Of a DNA stretch of 64,000 nt, positions 42,367-52,970 are shown piece by piece. The position numbers and the translations under genes were made by a program. Numbering within the stretch: the first letter of the stretch is position 1; each line of letters opens with the position of its first letter. The notes under the pieces were generated by a model. It saw only the letters and a program-made list of their open reading frames with translations. It was not told where the DNA came from and searched no databases. Source of the DNA: Candidatus Hydrothermales bacterium (GTDB taxonomy: Bacteria > Hydrothermota > Hydrothermia > Hydrothermales > JAJRUZ01); assembly GCA_039630575.1 (NCBI GenBank), contig JBCNUW010000001.1, positions 96,659 through 160,658 of the forward strand, written 5' to 3'.

Positions 42367-43200
42367 CTATAATCTTGAAATTTTTAAAAGATAGTCAACA
42401 AATTCTTTTTCAAGTTCTTTATAATATGGAAAAACTTTAATACTAATTTTATTTATTGACTTTACAGGTTTAAGCTCAGTAGATGTACCAGTTAAAAAAA
42501 CACCGTCTGCTTCAAATAAATCCCAGATCATAACCTTATTTTCAAAAACTAAGTATCCCTTATTTTTCAAAAACTCAATAAATCTTTTCCTTGTAACACC
42601 TGGTAAAATTCCATTTAAAGAAGGTGTAAAAAAAACTTTGTCTTTGATATAAAAAATATTTGTAGAGGAACCCTCTTTTACAGATCCATCCTCATCAAAA
42701 AATAATGCCTCATCAAAGCCCTTTTGCTTAGCAAAGTATTTCACCATTACGTTTGGCAGTAAATTTGTAGTTTTCAAGTGAGCCCATTTCCATCTTATTT
42801 CAGGAAATAAAATTATATTAAAATACTCAGGAATATGAGGAATATCTTGGCAAAAAACAACATAATTTGGTTTGGGTCTCTCTTTTACAAAATGTTCCCT
42901 TTCAACAGAACCTCCTGTAACCTGAATGTAAACAATACATTCCCTTTTTCCATATTGATTTGCAACATTCAAACAAATTTTTTTCCATTCATCCTTTTTT
43001 AAAGGATTCTCTATTCTTAGTTCACTTAACCCTTTTTCCAATCTATCAATATGATCATCAAAACAGATAAGAATCCTGTCACAAAACCTTATCACTTCAT
43101 AAACTGATTCACCAAAATTGAAACCCCTATCCTTTAGTAAATTATAGTAAACCTTAGATTTTACAAACCTACCGTTATAGAAAATTAACTTATTATCCAT
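42367..43200 (-). CDS. Class IV PLP aminotransferase (D-amino acid transaminase-like)
   Basis: DRGFNFGESVYE, H..RL, KTTNLLPN, EGSSTN, ILPGVTR. Confidence 0.85.
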   Translation of the reverse strand: MDNKLIFYNGRFVKSKVYYNLLKDRGFNFGESVYEVIRFCDRILICFDDHIDRLEKGLSELRIENPLKKDEWKKICLNVANQYGKRECIVYIQVTGGSVEREHFVKERPKPNYVVFCQDIPHIPEYFNIILFPEIRWKWAHLKTTNLLPNVMVKYFAKQKGFDEALFFDEDGSVKEGSSTNIFYIKDKVFFTPSLNGILPGVTRKRFIEFLKNKGYLVFENKVMIWDLFEADGVFLTGTSTELKPVKSINKISIKVFPYYKELEKEFVDYLLKISRL

Positions 43201-43979
43201 AAGGGATTTATCGGTATTGAGCCTTTACCTAACTCAACAGAGTTCTTTATTGCACCATAAATGAACTCTTTAGCTTTTTTTATTGAGTCTAAAACATCGT
43301 AACCTAAAGCAAGATTTGCCGCAATACTTGCAGAAAAACTACAACCAGCTCCATGAAATTTTTTATTAACCATTACCTTTTCACTTTCCATAAGTACAAA
43401 GTCTTTACCATCATATACAACATCTATTGCCTTCTCTCCAAAATGTCCACCCTTTATTACAACGTATGATGGACCAAAATCTTTGATGATCTTAGCAGCT
43501 TTTTTTGCATCGTCGATACTTTCAACTTTAAAACCAGTAAAATTTTCTGCCTCATAACTGTTTGGAGTTACTACTAAAGCTAGTGGAAAAAGAGAATCAA
43601 GAAGTAGCTTTTTTGCTTCCTCTAAAAGCAATCTTTCACCTGAGCCTGCAAACACAACGGGATCTAAAACGTAATTTTTTAGTTTAAAAAAATTTATCCT
43701 ATCAGCAACAACCTCTATTATTTCTTTTGAATAAAGCATACCAGTTTTAAAAGCACTTATCTTGAAATCTTCACAAACCATATCGATCTGATCCCTTACA
43801 ACATTTGGGCTAACCATCTGAATTGATTTTACTCCCTTTGTATTCTGGGAAGTAATTGCAGTAATAACTGAAAGACCAAAAGTTCTGTGAACAGCAAAAG
43901 TTTTAAGATCAACTTGAATGCCAGCACCACCTCCACTATCACTTCCAGCGATAGTTAGGACACAGGGAAACTTATTCAA
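43185..43979 (-). CDS. thiD: HMP/HMP-P kinase ThiD
   Basis: IAGSDSGGGAGIQ, KTGML, LDPV, TPN..EA, KGGH, HGAGC. Confidence 0.93.
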   Translation of the reverse strand: MNKFPCVLTIAGSDSGGGAGIQVDLKTFAVHRTFGLSVITAITSQNTKGVKSIQMVSPNVVRDQIDMVCEDFKISAFKTGMLYSKEIIEVVADRINFFKLKNYVLDPVVFAGSGERLLLEEAKKLLLDSLFPLALVVTPNSYEAENFTGFKVESIDDAKKAAKIIKDFGPSYVVIKGGHFGEKAIDVVYDGKDFVLMESEKVMVNKKFHGAGCSFSASIAANLALGYDVLDSIKKAKEFIYGAIKNSVELGKGSIPINPLWIIS

Positions 43980-44574
43980 AGTTTATTTCCCTTTCTTCAG
44001 TTATTATACCTTTATATAGAAAGGAAATTTGTCTCAATAAAACATAATAGTCAAACTCATTTATTGCTGAAATTGCGTCCTTAGGAACAAAAATTTTATA
44101 GCCATGTAAAGCTGCTGACCCGGCTGTATGTAGTACACATATATTAGCCACAGTTCCTGTTATAACAAGATTTTTAATGTTATTTATTCTTAAAAGATGA
44201 TCAAATGGTGTACCAAAAAAAGCATCGTATCTAAGTTTTCTTATTACATAATCACCCTTCTGTGGTTTTAATTCCTCAATTATATCGGATCCCCATGAAT
44301 CCTTAACAGCGTGTTTTCCCCAAATTGGAAATTCAATATCTTCCTCTTCATGATAATCCTGTGTAAAAAAAATTTTAACATTACTTTTTCTTGCCTTACT
44401 TATTAAATTTTTAATGATAGGAACAGTTTTTTTAGCATCTGGCACAAATAGTGCACCTTTTTCATTAACAAAATCATTTTGCATATCCACTATAACTAAG
44501 GCACTTTCTTTTGAACTTAAAGTTACCTTTTTTTCGTAAAGGATCTCCGGTATTAAAACTTCTTTTTTATTCAT
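43972..44574 (-). CDS. Isochorismatase/nicotinamidase-family cysteine hydrolase
   Basis: VDMQNDF, RKLRYDAF, GTVANICV (D-K-C triad). Confidence 0.9.
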   Translation of the reverse strand: MNKKEVLIPEILYEKKVTLSSKESALVIVDMQNDFVNEKGALFVPDAKKTVPIIKNLISKARKSNVKIFFTQDYHEEEDIEFPIWGKHAVKDSWGSDIIEELKPQKGDYVIRKLRYDAFFGTPFDHLLRINNIKNLVITGTVANICVLHTAGSAALHGYKIFVPKDAISAINEFDYYVLLRQISFLYKGIITEEREINFE

Positions 44575-44591
44575 TTTAAAGATAAAATAAA

Positions 44592-44604
44592 AGGATTTGA
44601 ACCA
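44592..44604 (-). promoter_or_regulatory. T-arm-like leader element, copy 4 (weaker stem)
   Basis: Minus strand TGG-TTCAAAT-CCT, 17 nt before ATG 44574. Confidence 0.45.
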
Positions 44605-44647
44605 CTAAAATTATTCTCCCTATAAATATTTTCCTAAATTCTAAAAA

Positions 44648-44845
44648 CTATTTCTTCAATAAGCCTTCTATGGGCTTTAAAAATTGCTCAACTGTAATGT
44701 AGGGATTTACCCTAAGAGCTTTTTCTATAATTTTTTTTCTTTCTTCCTCACTTTCAGCTTTTAAATATTTTTCTCTTAATTTTTTAATTTTCCATTTACG
44801 ATGCCTTTTTCGATTAAGTTCGGTTTCTCTTAGTCTTCCTTTCAT
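44648..44845 (-). CDS. Small basic protein (DUF6800-like, tentative)
   Basis: 65 aa, RETELNRKRHRKWKIKKLR..Y; TTGAAA-17-TATAAT promoter ending 6 nt before the ATG. Confidence 0.65.
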   Translation of the reverse strand: MKGRLRETELNRKRHRKWKIKKLREKYLKAESEEERKKIIEKALRVNPYITVEQFLKPIEGLLKK

Positions 44846-44888
44846 AGTATAATTATAAATAGAAAATTATAAAATTTCAACTTTAAAA

Positions 44889-46928
44889 TTAAATTTTCTT
44901 TTTTAGAAAGGGGGAATATTTAAGGTGTTTATCACATTCTTTTTTAGGTTCTTTTCCTTCTATATAAATTTCATCTCTTTTTTTTGGACAAAATTTCCCT
45001 GCAAGTTTACCAGTTTCTGTGCAAATTGTCCTATAAATAATACCATGTGGTTTCTTAAAGTCAAGAGTGTCAGGTATCATAAAAATTTCATTTGCTTTTT
45101 TCATAAAGTTAGCCCATATCGGAAGAGCTAAAACAGCTCCAGTTGCTTTATCAAAAAGTGTCATAACTGTATCAAGTCCAACCCATACTCCACAAAGGAT
45201 CTTGGGGGTAAAACCAATGAACCAACTGTCCGTATAGTTGTCTGTAGTTCCTGTTTTTCCTGCTGATATACCTCTAAAGCCGTAGTCCCTTGTGTATACG
45301 GCAGTTCCATAAGTAAAAGTAGATTTCATCATATCTACCAAAATGTATACTTCCCTCTCATCAAATACTCTCTCCTCTCTATACTCAGAGCTCTCTAATA
45401 CAAGATCTTCTCCGAGCTTTATTTCTTTAATAATATGCATTTTCTTTCTTTTTCCCAGATTTGCTATTGTCAAGTAGGATTCACACATTTCCCAAAGAGA
45501 AAGAGAGGTTGAACCAAGTGCTATTGAGAGAAAGGGTGGAATGTGATCTTTTATTCCCAATCTATGAGCAAATTCAATGACAGATCCAGGACCAATTCTT
45601 TCAAGTATATTGACAGTGGCAAGATTTCTCGATAGAGCAAGACCGTCTCTTACTGTTATGAATCCTAAAAATTGATCATCAAAATTTCTTGGTTTCCAAG
45701 GTTTACCTGATCCATCATCCTCTATCACGTAGGGTAAATCCTCTATGGGATCTCCAGGAAAGATTCCAGAATGGATAGCTGCTAAATAAATGAAAGGTTT
45801 AAAAGCTGATCCAACTTGTCTTTTAGCTTGTATAGCTCTGTTAAATTGTGACTTTAAAAAGTTTCTTCCTCCAACAAGTGCGAGAACATCACCTGTTTCT
45901 ACATCAACAGCAATTAAAGCAGCTTCAAGTTTTAAAGAATCTGCCTTTTTATATCTTTTTTTATGATAATTTCTTACCCTTTTGTCAAAATCATTTAATA
46001 GTGAATCTATTATATTTTCAGCTATTTCTTGAAGTCTTACATCCATAGCAAGTTTCACATTGACACCTTCTTTGTATAGAAAATCCTCACCATAAAGAGA
46101 ATTTATGTGTTTACGAACCTCTTCGAAGTAGTATCTTCCGATTTGTTTTGATTTTCTGTCCCCTTTAACTTTTTTATCAGGCAAAGGTTCAGAAATTGAA
46201 TTCAAATATGTTTCTTTGTCAATCACACCGTTTTTATAAAGTATTTCTAAAACAAAATCTCTTCTTTTTTTTGAAAGTTCGGGATTTTTTATAGGTGAGT
46301 ATACATTTGCGTTTTTAGGTATTGCAGCCAAAAGTGCAGCTTCTGCCCATGTAACATCATTGGGCAATTTACCAAAAAAGTATTTACAGGCAGCTTTAAC
46401 TCCATATATGCCGTCGCCAAAGTAAATTTGGTTAAGGTATTTCTCTAATATTTCATTTTTTGTGAAATTTTTTTCTAAAATTAAAGCTAAAACTATTTCT
46501 TTAATTTTTCTATCTATAGTTTTTTCAAAAGTTAAAAACATATTCCTGGCAAGTTGCTGAGTTATAGTTGAGGCACCTTGAACATAACTTTTTTCTTTTA
46601 TGTTTATAAAAAAAGCCTTTATTAATCTTATAAAGTCAATTCCAAAATGGCTGTAAAATCTCTTATCTTCAAGAGTTATGAAAGCTTTTTGTATCCTTGG
46701 TGAAATTGAATCAAGTGAGGTGGGCTCCCTTTTCTCAGTAAAAAACTCATAAACTAATTTATTTTCCCTATCATAAACATGTGTTACTCTTGCTGGCTTA
46801 TAAAAGTAAACAAGCTCAAGTGGTGGTAAATCACGTGAAAAGTAGAAAAGAATTGATGCGAAAATTAAGAAAATTAAAATTGAGGAAAGTAAAAGAAAAC
46901 TAATCCATTTCTTTAAAGATAAAATCAT
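44889..46928 (-). CDS. Class A penicillin-binding protein (PBP1A family)
   Basis: EDKRFY.H.G, GASTITQQ, RKIKE; SAFK, SRN, KTGT. Confidence 0.93.
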   Translation of the reverse strand: MILSLKKWISFLLLSSILIFLIFASILFYFSRDLPPLELVYFYKPARVTHVYDRENKLVYEFFTEKREPTSLDSISPRIQKAFITLEDKRFYSHFGIDFIRLIKAFFINIKEKSYVQGASTITQQLARNMFLTFEKTIDRKIKEIVLALILEKNFTKNEILEKYLNQIYFGDGIYGVKAACKYFFGKLPNDVTWAEAALLAAIPKNANVYSPIKNPELSKKRRDFVLEILYKNGVIDKETYLNSISEPLPDKKVKGDRKSKQIGRYYFEEVRKHINSLYGEDFLYKEGVNVKLAMDVRLQEIAENIIDSLLNDFDKRVRNYHKKRYKKADSLKLEAALIAVDVETGDVLALVGGRNFLKSQFNRAIQAKRQVGSAFKPFIYLAAIHSGIFPGDPIEDLPYVIEDDGSGKPWKPRNFDDQFLGFITVRDGLALSRNLATVNILERIGPGSVIEFAHRLGIKDHIPPFLSIALGSTSLSLWEMCESYLTIANLGKRKKMHIIKEIKLGEDLVLESSEYREERVFDEREVYILVDMMKSTFTYGTAVYTRDYGFRGISAGKTGTTDNYTDSWFIGFTPKILCGVWVGLDTVMTLFDKATGAVLALPIWANFMKKANEIFMIPDTLDFKKPHGIIYRTICTETGKLAGKFCPKKRDEIYIEGKEPKKECDKHLKYSPFLKKKI

Positions 46929-48171
46929 AATAGTATCTCCCCCTTTTTATTGTCCATTTTTTTTCTTTTTTTACAAATTCACAGAGCACCTTTTCTATTT
47001 CTTCTATACTTTTTATTTCTACATCTTCAATTTTAACTATGAGGTCCCCTTCTTTTAGACCAATTTTGTCTGCATATTTACCCCTTTTTATATCGTTTAT
47101 GAAAACACCGTTTTTCCCATTTTTTAAATTTATTCCCATTACACTCAAAAAACTCTCAATTTTTGAACCAAGTTTAATATTTGTAACGTTCTTTTTACCA
47201 TTTCTCTCATAAACAAGAAGAACATTTTCATCTTTTCGCAAAAGATCCACTTTTTTCCTAAAATCTGAGTAGTTTTTAACAAGGTCTTTACCTATTTTTA
47301 AAATGATGTCACCTGGCTCTAAACCAGCTCTGTCTGCAGGACCATCTTGAAGAACTGAAGTAATGACAATACCTTTATCTATGGGTTTCACTTCAAGTCC
47401 CAAAAAACCTCTTGGATAATAAGAATACAGCTTCAAGTAGTTTACAACAATTTTTAAAAGATTTGATGGAATTGCAAAACCTATTCCTTCAAAACCTCCT
47501 GATTTTGAAACAATAAAGGTATTCATTCCGATAACTTCACCTCTTGCATTAAGGAGTGGGCCACCTGAATTACCAGGATTAATAGAAGCGTCTGTTTGAA
47601 TCATACCTCTATAAATCCTTTCACCTTCTCCCTTAAAAGTTCTGTTTAAAGCACTTATTACTCCAACAGTAACAGTTGGCTCTACATCTTCCCAGAGATA
47701 CCCAAAAGGGTTTCCCATAGCTATTGCCCATTCTCCTCTTTCAAGTTTATCAGAATCAGCAAAATTAAGATAAGGTAAATTTTTGCCATTTATCTTTAAA
47801 AGAGCAATATCAAGGGAATAATCCTTACCTACAACCTTAGCTATAAAATTTCTTCCGTCTGGTAAGGAAACTACTATACTGTCAGAATTACTAATAACAT
47901 GCTCGTTTGTTAAAATGTAACCATCCTCTGAGATTATAAATCCTGAGCCTTGCGAGGATATTCGTTCTTTATATTCAGGAAACTCAAAAAATTCAAGGAA
48001 ATCTCTGAAAAATGGATCATTAAAAATTGATGGTGCAAGAGAAACATACCTTGTAGTGAAACAGGTTATTGAAACAACAGCATTTTGACATTTTTTTACT
48101 GCATTTATTATTGCATTTTCTCTATCTAAGGCTATTTCCTTTTGAAGAAGTAGTAAAATCGTAAAAATCAT
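46900..48171 (-). CDS. HtrA/DegP serine protease with two PDZ domains
   Basis: [29 protein letters not shown]. Start moved to ATG 48171 (ATGA overlap). Confidence 0.92.
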   Translation of the reverse strand: MIFTILLLLQKEIALDRENAIINAVKKCQNAVVSITCFTTRYVSLAPSIFNDPFFRDFLEFFEFPEYKERISSQGSGFIISEDGYILTNEHVISNSDSIVVSLPDGRNFIAKVVGKDYSLDIALLKINGKNLPYLNFADSDKLERGEWAIAMGNPFGYLWEDVEPTVTVGVISALNRTFKGEGERIYRGMIQTDASINPGNSGGPLLNARGEVIGMNTFIVSKSGGFEGIGFAIPSNLLKIVVNYLKLYSYYPRGFLGLEVKPIDKGIVITSVLQDGPADRAGLEPGDIILKIGKDLVKNYSDFRKKVDLLRKDENVLLVYERNGKKNVTNIKLGSKIESFLSVMGINLKNGKNGVFINDIKRGKYADKIGLKEGDLIVKIEDVEIKSIEEIEKVLCEFVKKEKKWTIKRGRYYYDFIFKEMD

Positions 48172-48863
48172 TTTCCTAGTAGGGACTCCCAATCTTCAAG
48201 AAATCTCTTTATACCAATATCTGTTAAGGGATGTTTTAGCATTTTTTCTATAACATCTGGAGGTACTGTAACAATATCTGCACCAAGGGTAAAAGCCTCG
48301 ATAACATGAATAGGATGTCTCACACTAGCAACTAAAAGTTCTGAATCAAAATTATTAAAAGATAAAATTTGGGATAAAATTCTTACAATTTCCATACCCT
48401 CATTTGAAATATCATCGAGTCTTCCAATAAATGGAGAAATGAATCTTGCTCCTGCTTTTAATGACAAAAGACCTTGTGATGGAGAAAATATTAAAGTCAT
48501 ATTTACATCTATACCCTCTGATGTAAGTTTCTTTGTTGCTTTTAAACCCTCCTCTCCGAAGGGTATTTTTATCACTATATTTTTATTAATCTTTGCTAGT
48601 TCTATACCTTCCCTCACCATTCCCTCTTCATCTAAGGCTATAACCTCAGCAGATACAGGACCTTCGACAATTTCACAAATTTTCTCTAAAATTTCTTTAC
48701 TTTTTTCAAAAATCTCTCTTTTATCTTTTGGTTTAAAATCAGGATAGAGCCTTTTAATTTCCTTTGATAAAAGAGTAGGATTAGTTGTAGCTCCTTCAAT
48801 GATACCTAAAGATTTAAACCTTTTAAGTTCATCCAAGTTTGAGGTATCAGCAAAAATCTTCAT
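48168..48863 (-). CDS. tal: Transaldolase (TalC/Fsa family)
   Basis: TTNPTL, VSAEV, KIP, SPFIGR, HPLTD.G. Glu in SAEV and Phe in SPF favour transaldolase over FSA. Confidence 0.88.
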   Translation of the reverse strand: MKIFADTSNLDELKRFKSLGIIEGATTNPTLLSKEIKRLYPDFKPKDKREIFEKSKEILEKICEIVEGPVSAEVIALDEEGMVREGIELAKINKNIVIKIPFGEEGLKATKKLTSEGIDVNMTLIFSPSQGLLSLKAGARFISPFIGRLDDISNEGMEIVRILSQILSFNNFDSELLVASVRHPIHVIEAFTLGADIVTVPPDVIEKMLKHPLTDIGIKRFLEDWESLLGK

Positions 48864-50169
48864 CCTTAAGTCTCTCCTCTTTAAAAGGGATAGAACCTTT
48901 TAGTGAAAAAATTCTAATGAAAAAGACTGTAAAAATTAAAGCATTTATAAATGTGGCAAAGCTATTTAAGGAAAGTAAGAAAATTATTTTATTTTTAAAA
49001 TCTATTATAAAAAAAGGTAGTGTTAATATTAAAAGCCAAAGGAGTAGATTCTTAAAAACTATTCCTTCCTTTTTTATTGCAAAAAATACTCTTGAGAAAA
49101 ATCTTGAAAAAAGATAAAAAAGAAGAGATAAAGAAAGAAGCAAAAATTCATCAGTATAAAATTTAAACTTATTCTTTGGAAAAAAAAGATGAAGAAAGGA
49201 CTTACCGATTGATACTATGAAGATTGTAAAAAATACTAAAGAGATAAAAATAAGAATTGAAGAAAGAACGATTGTTCTAAAAAATTTTTTTCTTTTTCCC
49301 TCATAATAGGAACTGGAAATGTGGGGATAAACTGGCACAAAATAGGAATTAAATAGAAGTTTAACAGCCTGAAAGATTGAAATTTCGGCTGTAAAATTAC
49401 CGATTAAATCATCAGCAACATTTTTTAATTTTAAAAGCAAAATAGGGTAACTAAAGTAACTTTGAATGAGTGTATTTGAAAAACCCATTGAGAAAATTCC
49501 CCCTTTTAAAAAATTTAAATTTATCTTAAAGAGAAAACTCCTTTTAAGATAAATTAAATAAAAAAGGAAAAATAAAAAATTAGAAAGTTCAGATAAAATG
49601 TAAACTACTATAAATAAATTAATCCTATCTATCCCCTTAATAAAGTAAAAAAAACCAAAAAGTAAGAAAAATAATCCTTTTAAAATGTTAACTAAACTAA
49701 AGGCATAAAAAAGCCTTTTTCCTATAAGGAAGCCAATCCCTATTGAGGAAAAAATTGAAAAAAAATGAACTAAGAAAGCACCAAATAAGATGAAAAAATC
49801 ATTGTTAAAAAATTTCTTTAATAATAAATCTTTTAGAATTAAGAAAAATAAAATAGAGAGAAGAAATACAAGAGATATATACGTAAAAGATTCATCAACT
49901 AAATCCTTGATTTTTTCACTTTCACCCTTAGCCTTCAATTCGACAATTTTTCTTGAAAGATAGTCTCTAAATCCAGATCCAAGTAAAAAAGAGGTAAAAT
50001 TATAAAAGGAATAGAAAACTCCAAGAATCCCAACACCCTCTGAACCAATTACTTTTCCTGAAAATGACAAAAATAGAAAATAAAAGAAGGATTGTGAAAA
50101 GTGGCCAAAGGTAGTCCAAATTGTTCCACCTATTAAACCCTTTGTAAATAATAATTTTTTTAAAATAAT
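48847..50169 (-). CDS. Wzx/MOP-family flippase-like membrane protein
   Basis: Multi-TM protein. The frame is open upstream of 50070 and encodes the typical first helix. Probable ATT start at 50169 after GGAGG. Confidence 0.7.
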   Translation of the reverse strand: MILKKLLFTKGLIGGTIWTTFGHFSQSFFYFLFLSFSGKVIGSEGVGILGVFYSFYNFTSFLLGSGFRDYLSRKIVELKAKGESEKIKDLVDESFTYISLVFLLSILFFLILKDLLLKKFFNNDFFILFGAFLVHFFSIFSSIGIGFLIGKRLFYAFSLVNILKGLFFLLFGFFYFIKGIDRINLFIVVYILSELSNFLFFLFYLIYLKRSFLFKINLNFLKGGIFSMGFSNTLIQSYFSYPILLLKLKNVADDLIGNFTAEISIFQAVKLLFNSYFVPVYPHISSSYYEGKRKKFFRTIVLSSILIFISLVFFTIFIVSIGKSFLHLFFPKNKFKFYTDEFLLLSLSLLFYLFSRFFSRVFFAIKKEGIVFKNLLLWLLILTLPFFIIDFKNKIIFLLSLNSFATFINALIFTVFFIRIFSLKGSIPFKEERLKDEDFC

Positions 50170-50171
50170 TT

Positions 50172-50774
50172 CTAATCCTCCGTACTATATCCCATCGAAA
50201 TACCAAAAAATATATTAAAACCACTTAATGGGTTTGAAATTATAAAATCTGTTAAATCAGGACTATCAAGAAAATAACCTGAAGTGTATATTCCGTCTAC
50301 TCCCAAATAAAACGTAAATATACCAGGTCTTTCACGTGTTAAGTTTACATTAAACTCAATACCAGCTTTTATAACTGGATAAATATAGTTACTGTAATTT
50401 TTTTTACCTACTTCATCTAAGTTTAATTCTTGAAAACTTCCACCAATACCTACTATGGGATAAAAACCAAAAATTTTTGATTTAAGCAAATTTGCTCCAC
50501 CATCTAGAATCCAGGTTTGAAAATAAAACTTATTCAAATTGTTCGGTGAAGAAAATCTATTTTGTTGAAAGTTTAATCTTATAAAACCTTTATCCTTTTT
50601 ATAAAATCCAGCACCAAAAGTATATCCTTGAGAAAAATTTTTTAAAGTTTCACAATTTAAAAGTCTTATTTCATCATTTATGCCCTTTAAATCAAGAAAT
50701 TGAGAATTCGTGTTTAAATATATAGATATGCAAGAATTTAAAAATATCAAAAATAAAAACAATAGAACTTTCAT
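50172..50774 (-). CDS. Lipobox-bearing small beta-barrel-like protein, paralog 2
   Basis: MKVLLFLFLIFLNSC; YPIVGIG and YPVIKAG blocks. Start moved to ATG 50774 (TAATG overlap). Confidence 0.6.
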   Translation of the reverse strand: MKVLLFLFLIFLNSCISIYLNTNSQFLDLKGINDEIRLLNCETLKNFSQGYTFGAGFYKKDKGFIRLNFQQNRFSSPNNLNKFYFQTWILDGGANLLKSKIFGFYPIVGIGGSFQELNLDEVGKKNYSNYIYPVIKAGIEFNVNLTRERPGIFTFYLGVDGIYTSGYFLDSPDLTDFIISNPLSGFNIFFGISMGYSTED

Positions 50775-51418
50775 TATCTTCCTCCCAATATAATAAGTAC
50801 TCCTCCAAGTAAAATTGCCCAAATACCTTCAGGTGGAAAGAATCCAGAATACCCTAAGGTTATAAATGGTCCCTGTAACCACCTTTCAAAAGAAAATTGG
50901 TAACCTGCTGAAAAAATAAATCCAGGAGAAAAATTACTTATTTTTCCCTTTGTTACTTCCTTTATAAATGGGTAGGATATCTGAAGACCCCCTCTTATGA
51001 AAGGATAAAGTAACGTAGTAAAACTTGCATCTTTTAAACCAAATGCTTGCGAGTTAAGTATTCCCAAACCTATACCAACTATGGGATAAACATATGGTCT
51101 TACCTTTTGAAAGGGTAAAATTCCAAAATTAAAAGAACCTTGAAAATAGGTAAATTTTGTCTCAACAGCTTTATAAGTATCAGGAGGACTGTAAAGTTCA
51201 GCTTTGCCTTTCCATGTATATCCTGCTTGAAAGGATGCAGTGATTATGGCATTTTGGTCTCTCGATATAGCATCAAAGGAAAGACCTATCATCGGATCAT
51301 CAGGATAGGGAGCTTTTATACTTTTTAATTCATCCTCTAACATTGGCATATCCCCCTTATAGAGGGAAACAGCACATGACAGTAGATTTAAAAAGAAAAT
51401 TAGCTTTAAATTTTTCAT
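50774..51418 (-). CDS. Lipobox-bearing small beta-barrel-like protein, paralog 1
   Basis: LLSC; YPIVGIG and YPFIRGG blocks; C-terminal hydrophobic helix. Confidence 0.6.
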   Translation of the reverse strand: MKNLKLIFFLNLLSCAVSLYKGDMPMLEDELKSIKAPYPDDPMIGLSFDAISRDQNAIITASFQAGYTWKGKAELYSPPDTYKAVETKFTYFQGSFNFGILPFQKVRPYVYPIVGIGLGILNSQAFGLKDASFTTLLYPFIRGGLQISYPFIKEVTKGKISNFSPGFIFSAGYQFSFERWLQGPFITLGYSGFFPPEGIWAILLGGVLIILGGR

Positions 51419-51440
51419 TTCTCACCCCCATTAAAAAATT

Positions 51441-51456
51441 AGCAAATTTCATACCA
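51441..51456 (-). promoter_or_regulatory. sigma54 -24/-12 promoter
   Basis: Minus strand TGGTATGAAATTTGCT with exact spacing, 22 nt upstream of ATG 51418. Confidence 0.65.
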
Positions 51457-51504
51457 TCTTTATTATAAAAAAATGCACAAATTTTATTCAAAAAATTTAA
51501 AAAT

Positions 51505-52926
51505 CTAATCTATTTTAATAACAACAATCTTTTCATCAACAAAGTCTCTTAATGCATATTTTGGTCCCTCTCTTCCAAGACCCGAACCTTTAACTCCTCC
51601 GTAGGGCATATGATCTACTCTAAAAGATGGTATGTCATTTATTATCACACCACCAACTTCAATTTTTCTTGAGAGTGTTAATGCTCTTTTAAGATTATTA
51701 GTCAAAATTCCACATTGTAGACCATACTCAGAATTGTTAACTTTGAAAACCAGTTCATCCTCTGTTACAAACTCATTACAGACAGCAAGTGGAGCAAAAG
51801 CCTCTTTGGCACAAACATCACAGTCTTCCGGAGCATCAACAATTAAAAGAGGATATAAAAAGGAACCTTCTCTCTTTAATTCTGGTAGAACTTTTGCTCC
51901 TCTTTCGATTGCTCTTCTTACCATTTCTTCTGCTTTTATAGCAGCATCTTCGGAGATCATGGGTCCCATATCAGTATCTTCTTTCAGTTGATCTCCAACT
52001 TTTAAATTTTTTAAAGCCCTTATATAGTCATCGATAAACTTTTCTTTAATTTTTTTTTCAACATAAATTCTTTGAATGGAAATACAGACTTGTCCTGCAA
52101 TTGAATAAGCTCCTTTTAATATTCTGTCGAGTATTACTTTGTAATCAAAATCTGAAAATACACATAAAGCTGAGTTTGAACCAAGTTCAAAAGTCTTTTT
52201 CTTTAATCCAGCAATTTTAGATATTCTCTCTCCAACTTCCTTTGAACCTGTAAAGCTTATATGCCTTATTCTTTGATCTTTGCATAGGTATTCACCTACA
52301 GTTCCACCACCTCCTGTTAGGAATGAGAATCCTTCAGGAGGAAAACCTGCTTCTAAAACAATTTCAGTTATAATTTTTCCAGTCATAGGTGTAAAGCTTG
52401 ACGGTTTAAAGATCACACTACAACCTGCTGCAATGGCTGGAGCAATTTTATGAAGTGCAAGATTAAGTGGAAAATTAAAGGGTGTTATGGCTAGGACAAG
52501 TGGGTCAGGTTCCATAATTGTAAAAGCCATCCTCCCTTTTCCAAATTCAGAAGCATCCATAGGAATATACTCTCCATAGATCCTTTTTGCTTCTTCAGCG
52601 GAAAATGTAACAGTCTCAATTGCTCTTTTTGTTTCAAATCTTGCTTCATTAATTGTTTTCCCTGATTCAAGCGAAATAACTTTTGAAATTTCTTCAAATT
52701 TCTTTTCGATTAAATCTTTGACCTTTAAAAGAATTTTATATCTTTCATAAGATGAAAGTTCTTTTACGAGGCTCCTTTTTTCTACAAGATAAGAGAGTGC
52801 CCTTTCAATCTGCTCATTAGTTGTTTCAGGAAATTCGTATAAAATTTCTTTAGTTCCCTTTTTATAAACAGAAAAAAACTTACTTCCCTCTTGCCATTTT
52901 CCTTCAAAAAAAATTTTCTCTTTCAT
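51505..52926 (-). CDS. NAD(P)-dependent aldehyde dehydrogenase
   Basis: ITPFNFPL, KPS, SFTGS, ELG, GQVCIS, EAFAP, YGGVKGSGLGREG. Start moved to ATG 52926 (AAGGAGG RBS). Confidence 0.93.
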   Translation of the reverse strand: MKEKIFFEGKWQEGSKFFSVYKKGTKEILYEFPETTNEQIERALSYLVEKRSLVKELSSYERYKILLKVKDLIEKKFEEISKVISLESGKTINEARFETKRAIETVTFSAEEAKRIYGEYIPMDASEFGKGRMAFTIMEPDPLVLAITPFNFPLNLALHKIAPAIAAGCSVIFKPSSFTPMTGKIITEIVLEAGFPPEGFSFLTGGGGTVGEYLCKDQRIRHISFTGSKEVGERISKIAGLKKKTFELGSNSALCVFSDFDYKVILDRILKGAYSIAGQVCISIQRIYVEKKIKEKFIDDYIRALKNLKVGDQLKEDTDMGPMISEDAAIKAEEMVRRAIERGAKVLPELKREGSFLYPLLIVDAPEDCDVCAKEAFAPLAVCNEFVTEDELVFKVNNSEYGLQCGILTNNLKRALTLSRKIEVGGVIINDIPSFRVDHMPYGGVKGSGLGREGPKYALRDFVDEKIVVIKID

Positions 52927-52970
52927 ATTTACCTCCTTATGCAAAATAGTTTATAATTTTATGAAAATCT

